Under the pieces are notes generated by a model. The model did not search any database. It was not told where the DNA came from and saw only the letters and a program-made list of their open reading frames with translations. Made by a program: the position numbers and the translations under genes. A stretch of DNA of 64,000 nt from Klebsormidium nitens (taxonomy: Eukaryota > Plantae > Klebsormidiophyceae): positions 1 to 64,000 of the forward strand of contig DF237030.1 in the NCBI GenBank assembly GCA_000708835.1, given 5' to 3'. How positions within the stretch are numbered: position 1 is the first letter of the stretch; the number at the start of each line of letters is the position of its first letter. Shown here in pieces: positions 48,148-59,300 of this stretch.

Positions 48148-51100
48148 TCACCCTGGCACCCAGTACCGGCTCCGCCTGCCCCCCCACTTGGGCACTCGTC
48201 GCGGCTTTCGCGCTCCCTCCTGCCGCAGCTCCCTCCGCCCGTTTGCCTCCCTCTCCTCTGCCGCCCGCCCATTCCCCCTCCCCCTGGCAGGCTTCTCGTC
48301 CTCCTCTTCTAACTCATCCTCTGGGGGCTCTACTTTTCGGGGGGGTCCTTCTCGCGGCCACGGGATGTGCGGCGAGGCCGCCTCCTCGTGATCGTCGTGC
48401 CGCCCCCCTTTTCCGCCCCCCACGGCCGCCGACTCTGCCGCGGCCAACGGTCCCGCGCCACTCGGCTCTCGCTCGTCGGGCTCGGCGCGCGCCGCGCCTG
48501 GTTCTCCTGGCACGGGGGACGTTGCTATGCTGGCAGAAACGACCGGTTGCGGGGGGCCGTTCATCGGGGGTGGCGCTTCAGCCGGGGGGGAGGACTGAGC
48601 AGTGTGGCTGCTGCTCGGCCGTGCAGGCGTGGGGGACAACGGAGTAGGCGCCGCCGACAGTGTATCGTCTCCCTCCCGAGGGTTGGAATCGAGCCCCCGT
48701 GCGGACTCGCTGTCTCGCTGCGCGTTCCGGTGCTTCGACGGCGGCCGGCCCCGCTTCTTATTCGGCAACCGCTCATCTCCTCGCATGCGGTCCTCCCCTC
48801 TCCGCCGTTCCGGACTTGCTGGGAGCGATTTGCCCTGACCGGCGCTCACCCCCCGGCCCGGCGCCCTTTCTTCCGTCGTCCCGAGCCGTCGTAGCTCCCG
48901 CACTGTTCCCGCCCCCTGAGGGCTGTCCTCCTGCGCTTTCCGGAGCCTTTCTCGTCGCTCCAGCCTCTCCTCTCCGGGCGTCTGCTTCCGGTCGCCCAAT
49001 CCCCTCAGACTCACGCGCGGCCGCCGTTTCTCTTCCTCCCCCCCCCTCCGCCGCCGGTCGTTCTTCTCGTCCCCCCCCCTTCGATCACTCCTGTCGTCGC
49101 CCCCCCTTCGTCGATCCCTGGGGCTGCCCAAAGCGCTGCGCCGACGCTCTCGCTTCCCGTCCGCTTCGCCGTCATCCTCACTCCGCGTTCGTTTTCTTGC
49201 TCGCGGCGCTTTCTCATTTTCGCCCTCGTCACTCTCTTCCCGTATGACTGCGTTCCGGCCCCCTACTCGCCTGCGCTTCGGCCCGTCTGAGCTTTCGCCG
49301 GACCTTCCCCGCCGCTCCCGTGCGAACCCTTCTTCAGAAGCCGTCCGCTCCGAATCGTTCCCATCAGCCATTTTCTCATGAGCCTCATCGACTGCATGAG
49401 CCGATAGCTGCGGGCTACGCTCGTCCTTCTGGGGGGGCGCCGAAGCCTGTTCAGCCACGCCTTTGAGAGAAGTGCTTTTCCTGACAAACGCGTCTCCCAA
49501 CGAGGCGCTGGCATGGGCCGTCAGCCCGTCTATCGGGGCAGCGTGACTCTGAGCAAAGGGCTGCCTGCTTGGAGAACTTTCATCGAAGCCTTTTGGGCTC
49601 GGAATGTCTGGCGGCTTCTCTACTTTAGTGCCGACAGCAGGTCCGGAAGGTTCCCTCAAGATTTCTCGGGGGTCACCTCTGCCGGATGCCGCAGAAGGGT
49701 GGGAGGGAGATGGCGCCTGGGGCGAGGCGGCAGCCGAAGGCTGAGGTTGCGGAGAGGCTGCCTGGTTTGAGGGGCTGGCGGATGAGGGGGGAGCTTGGTC
49801 GCAGGAAGTGGGAATGCGGAGGGGGAAGCTGTCCAGAGAGTGGGTTCCGAAGGAGATAGCCCTGTTGCAGTGGGATGCATGAAAGATAAGCTGGCAGACT
49901 TGGGGGCGTTAAACCCGCATGGCGCCATGATCTATCCAACACCGGAGGTAAGCATTTAGAGACCACCCCCAGAGCATGTTTCGATAACCTTGACTCTTAG
50001 CGACATCGACGATGTGCAGGCCAGGCAGTGCAGACATCAGACGCAAACCCTGCTCAAAGAACAACCACTTCACATACTCCTGAAATGGCGGCCTTACTTG
50101 TAGTCATATGCGATAGCGTCCCCCTTCCTGATCGGCTCCGTTGCAAAGAGACCAACCCGCAGCTCCCCATCCACCCGCCTGCATAACCCAGCCTCAAATA
50201 AGCAATCTCAGTCAATGCATCCCTACTCCACTCCCTTACAGGCCACTCGACACTTCACATCACCTTGAAAGGTCGCCTGTCTCCTGCTGTCCTAAAAGCG
50301 CTTTACACTGGGCAGAAGACTTGTCGCTAACAAGGATCTATTCTGTGTTGAGGGCACCGATAGACAGATTTTTGAATTCTTAAGTACAGAGGCAGCTTGG
50401 CGCTACCATCTGAACGGATTACTGAAACCTCTCACACAAGCATGATTGTGTGACAGCCCAGCTTGTCCCCGAGAACAACGCCTTGTATTCTAGAAGCTTG
50501 GCCAAGTTCCGGGAAAGTCACGGGTACCACCGACATTTCTGCAACAGACACCGGGACCACTACTTGGTACTCACTGGCTCGTTAGATTGGGAGACAATAA
50601 ATTCCAATGCGGGGAACACGACCGACGACGTTCTCATGGCAAGTATCCTTACGAGATCCTCCCTGTCTGTAAGCGAGCACGCGACTCACCATCTCTGCAG
50701 TTGGCAGTTCGGCCGTGCGGAGTGCGGAACAAAGCGGCTAAGGTTTCCCTTGTAGTAAGCGTCCAAGACGAAGGAGTCGTCAAGCTGACACAAGTGTCGA
50801 TTGTGAGCGCCCCGCCGCTCGAGCGCCGAGATGCGCTGGTGGCACAGCGCGGAATCCAACACTGGGAAAAGCGGAAAGGAGGGGCGTGAACTCTTGTGAG
50901 CAGCTTGAGTCACATGCCGATCTTATCCGTAACTTGGAAGGTGCGGATTCAAACAGCCATCGATTCAAAATACTTGCTTATCAGCTGCCCCAATAGTAGG
51001 CGAATAGGCCTGCATTCAATGAAGTTCGAACACAACTCGAATTGCGAGAGGCGATGGTCAGCGGAGTGCTAATTTTGGGTCTGACAACACAGCGGCTGTG

Positions 51101-54100
51101 CGTTCATCTCAACAACAGAAGTGAGGTCCTGTGATCTGACATATAACAGATACCTAAGAATGAGCCTGCCTTGGAGGAAGATGACAAATTCGAATACCCT
51201 TCCAGGGCTCTTCTGGAACATCGTTGTCATTGTTACACACTCCATTCAAGCTTGTAACATATGCTGATACCGCTCGCTCCTGTTACTAAGCCCCATATGA
51301 TGATAAAGTGTGCACTAGATCACATGAGCTCCTTTTCCATTTGCCCCATGTCATAGTTTAGAGCTCTGCAAACGAAACAACCATCGGAACAGCAGCCGCT
51401 GTCCAAGCAACCGTCGCTCACCTTCCCCTACGTACTCCACAACAAAGTCCTCAGCTGCAACGTCCTCCCCTGCCCCCACAGTCCATTCCGACTCCCGAAC
51501 CTGCAGGACGGAAAAAGACTTGCTCAACCAATAGCCTTAGCTTCCACATTCTATCGTCCATAATCGTCCAACTTGATACCGGGCGGATCCAACAACTCCG
51601 CCCCAAGCTTCGCTACTGATCGTCCAGTCCGTCGGCATTCAATCTGAGCTGTACGATTGTGTTGGAAGGAAATTCTAGTCAACATTCGATGTGAGGCAAC
51701 TTCAAACATGGCCCGGCAGGTACAGAGTGACTGCGATTAGCATACCTTCTCAGAAGGCACACTCATACAAGCGCTGCTGTACCACGATACTTCTCACACA
51801 ATGGCCGAGTTGCTAGGCACAATGTGTGGCCGGGTAATTCTGGTTACAAAGCGCGACCGGCCCCGCTGGCCGACATCAATCATTGGACCCCCTACTAAAC
51901 GAACTCTTCTTCCTACGTTGAACTCGAAATTCGAAATTGAACAAGCTCCTTGTCTGCCGCGGCAGCGCAATTCGCTGCCAGGTCAATCAAGTGTTTGGTA
52001 TTAGTTGGAGGAGCTCACCTTGTGAAGCTCTAGCTTCTTGCTGGCAGCAAAGGACGGGGCCGCCTGAGCGGCGGGGGCACCGGACCCAGGGCTATGACGG
52101 ACCAACCACTCATCTGGAAAAAGCCAATCGTATCCCTTTAGTCATCATAGGAATGAGTGTGCACTGATCCTTCTCTTCTGCTACAAACTACCTCAAAGTA
52201 CTCATTTACTCTCAAAGTCCCATCCAACATTGGGTGGTGTAAGATGGCTCGCCATTTCAGCGAGAAGTTCTTGACAGTAGTCAAATTGCGCTAAGTAATT
52301 CAGTCCGCAGCAGCTTCCCGAAGATGCTGTGACCTGACAGCTGAATGTGCGAAGAGATTGATGTGACCACATTAGAGATTGCAGGATTGCCCCGTGGCGA
52401 GCCTTGCACCTGGACTAAGTGAACCTGTCCAGTAGAATCATCATTACGCTAGCTGCTTGCCATTGAAGCAAACTCGGTCCGCAGGAGCTCGTTTTCGAAG
52501 ACTCAAAAGGTGCCTATAAGCTTCCAGTAAGCCACAAACGGTTGCTTTGCTTGTGTTTGCTCTGAGGCTTTGCAGGAAAAATCTGAGGCTCTAGCTAGAC
52601 GAACTCGCCTGTAGTAGCCTGCTTTGGAATGACTCCTGACAGTAGTCTCAGAAACTGACCAGAGTCCCTGGATAGCCTAGAACCCTTTTTGGCACGAGAG
52701 ACGGTAAACCTCTTTCTTGAATTCCGAACTTCCACGATTGACAACCTTCTCTGTCTTCAACGTGCACAATCCTCTGATAGAAAACAGTGACTGTCTAAAC
52801 AAGTCCGGGTCCCTATCTCAGCTGTCCCCCACTATTCCTGCAAAAAACTACACACCTTCGTTGTTTCACACAATCTACAAAGACCACCACATAGGACACT
52901 CGAGACACTCACTGTGATCAATGTGAATGTAAGGCGGGTTCTCTGCATCACGTCCCTCCCCCATCAGCATTCCCCCAGTTGCACCTCCATCCTCAGGTAA
53001 CCCCCTCCCCCGCTCTCGGTCATCGTGCTCGTCTCTCCCATTTTCCCCCCTACCTGCATCCATTCCCGCATCCTGCCCGTCACTACTACCCGCCTGTTCT
53101 CGTACTCCATACCTTTGCTTTTTTACTCTTTTTGCCTGCCTCTCCCCCGCATCTGCTCCCCTCTCGCTCTCTTCCCAGCCCCGCTTGTTCCCTGAAACCT
53201 CTGGTTTCGCGCTCTCGTTCCTAGCGCCTGTGTCCACTTTCTTGGTGATCTCTGGAACTCCTTCTGGAGTCACTTCCTGCACACTACTGCTCGCTGGTTC
53301 TGCCTGGACCTGGCCCACCCCATGCGGACGCAGAACGTCCTCTTCATCGTCCGAGTCACCAGCCGCCACTTCGGGCGGCAGTTCAAAGTCAATCTCGACT
53401 AGGGGGACCGCCAGGCGCCCAAAGACCTCAGCAACGCTCTTTGTTTGAGGCAATTTCTGTGAAATGCAAAGGTGAGTATGAGCACAAGGTGTATGCGGAG
53501 GCACAACGTTGGACGAAACCCTAAAAGCTGGATACCACCAATGATTATCAAGGTGTGCTCACATTCCGCCCTTTTGTTGATCAACTTCATATGAAAGTCA
53601 GATCCCCACTTTTGATGCACATATCGCTATTTCACAGATGTTCTGATCTTCGGGGGTTTACTGCAATCATCACTTGGGAAGGTTCCTGCAATCCATCACT
53701 GACATCAAAAAGAACCTTGCTTTGACAAACCGAAGCGGATGCCGAAGCGGATGCGCACCTTGGGCTGCCTCTTCCAGTCCGAGTCGTGCCGCCAGCAGAT
53801 GCAGTGCGAGGGAATCTCCTCCAAGAGGTGGCTTCCCTCAGGGGCGCATTGCTCATGGTATGCCACTGGACAGAGAAGGCACTTGTGAAGCTTGGAGGCA
53901 CGCATCTGGTGATGACAAGCCCTGCAGCTGTGCTGAGGGCACACTAGGTGGTCCTCATTTGGACCGCCCCACGTGACACCTTCCAAATCTTCCACGCAAG
54001 CCTCGTGGAAGAACTTGGCACAGTCTCGTCGGCTACAGACAATGATGTCTCCCCCAGGAGCCGTGCTGCCCATCTCCTTGCAGGCAAAGCACTCCACCTG

Positions 54101-55139
54101 CAGGAGTGAATGCGGAGGGAGTAAGTTTGCATGAAAGTGTGGTGGCAAGCTCAAGTAGAATAAAAGCTGGAGGTAAAACAGTGCCCTAAGTTCAAACATT
54201 TACCTGCTCTGCACCCACGCCCACCCTGAACCCCCTTACTAACCCATCCGTCCCAGGCAGGTTAAGCATAGGGTAACGTGCAGGGTAAATCGCAAGGTAA
54301 CCAGCATTTCTCAAGGAGACTAAAGTAGTCGGGTTGTGCTGTGCGCACCCTGCTGAACAGTGTCTATCAAAAGTGATTCACTCGGGCTTGACAGGATGTG
54401 TTCTGTAGCTACTCAGATCTACTCATTGCCAGCTTCTAAATCAAGTTCCTCCTATGGAGATTGCAGGGTTGTTCTGCAAATCAGCCACATTGCAGAAATG
54501 AATTCTTCTACAAGCAAGCACATAAAAGGCTGAGATATAGTTTCAGAGATGACACAAAGGATGAACAACTCAGAGAGAAGGTAGACTTTAAGGAGCAGGC
54601 AATGTCAAATGCCATCAATTTCTCGCCAGAAGTGTTGAACCAACAGAATGGGAGGGACAGGTTCAAAAGATGCAGCCAGCAAACCAGTGACATCCAGCTT
54701 CTGCACAAGTCTGGTTCAATGCCTCAAAGACCTCACCTTGGCCTCACGGCAGTCGGGACAAATCCACTCCTCGTCATCTGGGGCTTCATTGGAGCCAAAA
54801 CTGCAAAAGCGAGGAAGAGTTACAGGAAGTCGTTAAGGCTGGAAGCGCAGCAGATACGCTCTCAAGGAAACACTGAACAATCACCCTTACCGCTCTTGAC
54901 ATGACTAGTCCGCTGGTTACCCAACTGACATGCTTCCTTATGCCCTGACCCATGCAGGCAGAGGCGGTAGAGAAGCCTCTTGCATGCATGTCGGGAGCGC
55001 ACCATTGCTCGTCGATATGAAAGCCTTTCTTGCACAGGTCACAGTACACGAGCTCCCCCAGCTCGCTGCACACTGCGCAGATCCACGAGAGTGCCCCATC
55101 GTCCTTCTTCCGCAGAATCTCCTCCAGTTCCTCGTCCAT
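48148..55139 (-). CDS. ASHR3/NSD-like PHD-PHD-SET paralog, predicted catalytically dead, with a long charged disordered tail; 9 exons, about 1074 aa
   Basis: Exons 55139-55003, 54800-54737, 54097-53759, 53456-52913, 52113-52019, 51500-51422, 50861-50690, 50178-50098, 49861-48148 total 3225 nt in frame. PHD CAVC..CDLC..FH..C..WICPDC; ASHR3-type module CPQHSC..CLLCPVAYH..CWRHDSDW; SET remnants FVVEYVGEV, KGNLSRFVPHS, IAYDY. The 3' end may include a further exon. Confidence 0.82.
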
Positions 55140-56375
55140 GCTTATTCTTCCGTGCCAAGTTCAACCTGATCCAAGAAGCCTCCTACAGCCATTGCCCTCG
55201 GCCTCCCTCTGATGGGGCGCTGTCAATGAGACCAGCGCCGCAAGAGAATGAAAGAAAACGGAGAAAAAGGAGCGCATATGAGTTTTCAACGCAGCTTGAA
55301 GAGAGAGGCGGCTTCTACAGGGTCATTCCTTTGGAACCTGCAACCCTGGCGTCTCGAAGATGAACCAAACAACGTGCCGCCCTTCCGCTGCTCAATTTCA
55401 AAGCTCTTGCTGGAAATGGAACTTTTGAAGAAATGAACGAAACATGGGGACTGTCGATTCACCTCGCAAACTAGAGGCAGAAAGGCAGAAACTACCTATT
55501 CAGGACAGGCTGAAGCGACAATCACAACGAATGAGGAGCTGCCACCGTGTCAAGCAGCTTCAAGCATGAACGGTTCAGATGAAGCTCATCTTGAATCTAA
55601 CGGGCTTGCTTCGAAATGCAAATATCTCCCCGCCATATGATATGGTCGACTCCAGCCCATGTGCAAGCAGAAGGGCGCCAGCACTGGCAGCTGAAGGCTG
55701 ATCAGGAAGCTCCTCCTACCAGCAGAGACGGTGTCCCTCTACGGGCTCCTCTACCAGCAAGTGCCAGCAAGTGCCCCTCCACGGGCTCACCACTTGTACT
55801 AGCGAGTTGGGAGCAAGGTGCTCTATTTCTAGTCAATCAAGCCGCTGTCTTCGTTTCGTCTTCACGAAGCCAATTTTGGTATCTTTCTTTGATTACACAG
55901 AATTATGAGGCTGTTGTGACGCCGAGAAGGTGAAGAGCGCTGAAAAGCGCAAACAGGACACCCTCCTTTGCTTGAAGTTCTTCTTCCCTGCTAAGACAAC
56001 CGCTGGCAGGAACCGCTTGATGGTGTGGTGCTCCCTTTTGCATCCCAACTATCTGTCCCAGTTTGAGGTTCAATAAATAGCTCGGAACCGATGCAACTGC
56101 TCGGAAGCGATGCAACTGCTCACTGCTGCTTGCATTCCAAGCTGAACAAGTATTTCAAGGGCATTCGTAGCCTCCTGAATTGACTTGAGTCCCTGCCTGA
56201 AGGTGGTGTGGACTGAACCTTGATGCAGCTTAGGTTCAATTAGGTCCGTTTCTGTCGGATCAAGGAGAGATGACTGCCGCGCCAATGCTAGCCTCTTGAT
56301 TTGTGGCTGCACCTGCGCAGTTCAAAGATCTACCGTAGGTATAAGTCCTAGCATTGGAGTGAGCTGCGCTCAGCA

Positions 56376-59300
56376 ATGTCTTTGAAAGCAGTGCAAGCCG
56401 AGCTTGTGGCATGTCGAGAGTGCAAAGCAGTGTTCACAGTTGATGCTGTGGCTTTGAAAAGCCTCCTCCATCCAGGGGAGTGGCACTGTGGAAAGTGCTT
56501 GCAAGGGAAGGTGAGTCTCCTGGCCCTCTCAGAGCAAGTTCTTTTTCCCCAAAGAACCACTAGATCCAGTCAATTACCTGGACGGTAAACTTACAACGCG
56601 TGATGTCTGTGCGACGTCAGAATATGCCTATTACTAAGGCTACTTGTCACGGTTGTAATGCAAATCATGACGCTGCTCGATTGACAACAAAGCTCTCCAT
56701 CTAAGTCGCTTCTGGAAGAGGAACATTTGAATGATTGGTCTGAAGCCACCGTCGGCGATTAGATTACTCCAATCTACCTGATTCCGGAAAAGACCGCTCT
56801 GATTGGTTCCCAGATCAAGTGCCCCTTTGCCCCTGCAGAAGCTCACTGAGGCAGAAGTTTGTTTGCTTAGAGACTGCTTGATTTACCACGAATGCATCAC
56901 GCTGCCAACCTGCACTGCTCAATTTTCGGATGACATGGCATTTGGGGCACCAGTATTTCAGCCACTTTTTGTTTTGAGAGTGTGGTTCCTCTAGAGCCTT
57001 TGTATACTTTCTGACAAAAGCTGCTGATGGAGGAGTGCCATGTGCTTTACTCTACACTGAGGCCCCCTCCGATGCAACACCTGGCAGCCCGCTCTTATCA
57101 ACCCATTCCAGATTTCTCGAGCCCTCATAGCAGCACACCAGGGCATGTATTGTGTGGCTCGAAATTTTCGCAGGTTCCGGATAAGCCCACACTTGTGTTT
57201 CACTGCGAAAGTGAGCCCGGGCTTTGTTTTCAAGATGACACCACCTTTCATACATTACAGCTCTCATAGATGTCCAAGGTTCCCACTTCTCTTTGTAGCA
57301 CAGACAATATAGCAGAGATCTCCGGAGCTGATGACCATACTGAATTCTCTACTGCAGGTGCGCTGCTTTTCCTGTGGCGACCTCGCCCCCACGCGATCCA
57401 CCGTCCAGTGCAGCCACAAAAACTGCACCAACTCTTTCCACCCTAGTTGCGCTGATCTACTCCCAAAACCCTCCCCCCACGAGCCCCTCACGAAAGGCCA
57501 CACGCCCCCCCCTTTTGTGTGCCCCCACCATTTCTGTGCGGAGTGCAAGGGGACCAAAAGCCTTCTACTCTGCTCTGGATGCCCTGTGGCTTATCACGCG
57601 CGGTGTTACCCTGGGGGAAAACTGGAGAAGAGTGGGTCCAGCAATTGGGTGAAGTGTTTCCGGCATGACGAGGACTGGAAAGTTGAGAACCTGGTAAGCG
57701 CCGCCCCAGGTTGTTCTGGACAGTCCAAGCCACGCAGCTTGGAGGCAAATGGGCAATAGTTTCCTTTCCACTTTTGGGCGTCAACCAGAGCTCCGATGAA
57801 ACAACATCCTTGTCATGGGTAACATCCGAGTAGAGTCTTGATTCCTGAATCATTCAAGCTTTGGTTGGATTGCTCAGCTGCAAGGGTTTGCGTGTAAGGG
57901 GTCTCTTATCTTGTCCATTTGCCGAGCCCGATGTGAACACGAACAATGTGTCTCAGGCTGCCCTACCATGTGCTCAATTCTCGCCAAAGCCCAGAGATTT
58001 CCGTCGACTTTTGTATAAGCAGACTTTCCCCCTCTCTTTGTCCCCTAACAAATGCCGAAACAAGACAATGCCACTTCACCCTGACAAGCCCTCTCTCATG
58101 TGCCAGACTGCCCCCCCAAGCACTGGCGTAAGGGACGCCTTTGAGCGACTACCGCTTCCCCCCAAGAAAATCGACTTCCGAGTCCCCCGGCAACTGCAAG
58201 AAGCGGTAAAAAAACTGGCGGAGCAGCCCCCGCTCTACCAGCACATAAAGCGGAGTATCCTCAACGGCAGCCTGATTGTTGATGCCTTTCATTGTTGGTC
58301 GTTGTTGTCTTTTCGTATCCCTCCGGACTTCCTCACTTCCTCGATTTGCATTGCTATGGAGAAGCTGGGCCAGTAAATATCAGTAATTACCCAACCCGAT
58401 ACTGGAAACCGAACACATTTCGATCTGCGTTTTAGTGATAGTGTCTAGTGGGTGGGAAGGCAACTTTGCGGAACTACTAAGCCGCCAGTGCTGCTCTTGA
58501 AGTCAATTGCGCTTTGAAGTGTTTGCTCCTTTGTTGTACGGTGTCCACCGGAGGCGTTCTCCCATCCAGTCCCTCGAGCTTCAACTTGTCTCTTGTCCGA
58601 GTAGCTTTGTTACGTAACTTGAAATTTGCATCTTGGTCGCATTGTCATTCTGGCACATGGTCATCCGCATAACTAAGACGAGCTGCCCTTGTCAGGCAGC
58701 AAATTTTTTCCTCATTGGGCGAGCAAAACAGTTTCGTTTCTGTTGAGCTCCTTGACCGTTGTCCTCAGACGTGTGGGTGATTCCCAAGCCGAAGAGCAAG
58801 GGTCGGGAGGACGAGAGCATCGAGCGCTGCGACTGCAAAGCGGGGGCCGCTGCAGACGCATGCGCGAAGGACTGCCTTTGTAGGTGAGGATAGATGATGC
58901 CGATGTCACACTGTCGAAAGCACCTGTCTTTTGCGCTCAGTGAAAGCTGGACCTTTCTGGTATGTCGTAAATGACGTGTTTCTCAAAGGGTTTTGAATGA
59001 TTGGGCGTCATACATGGTTGCAGCCAATGCTTGTCCATCCTTCAGATACTTAGGGTGCTTCTAGGCAGCGCAATCCCTTGCGCCGATGCTCGTATGCACT
59101 TTGCAAAGCGCTTTTCCCTGAGAGTCCTTCTTGATTCTGTCTCGACCCGCTCCGACCAGAACAAGAGCAGACCCGCTCAGATCCACATCGCCTAATTCGA
59201 TGGTTCTGTGCAGCTTGTTGTTCATCACCTGCTCCAAGGAGTGCGGCTGCTCCCAAGGCTGCCAGAACGTAGCCTTCCAGAAGCGCGTGGTGCCAAAGTT

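Noticed and set aside
48132-49247. Several long plus-strand Pro/Arg-rich ORFs
   Set aside because: GC-rich antisense shadows of the large minus-strand exon 49861-48148.
55600-56320. Short ORFs between the two SET genes, suggesting a third gene
   Set aside because: No consistent exon chain or domain; removing the 19-bp duplication does not give a convincing frame.
57027-57269. 80-aa plus-strand ORF as an extra ASHR3 exon
   Set aside because: Flanking exons join in phase exactly as in the paralog (GK|VRC vs AK|VEC).
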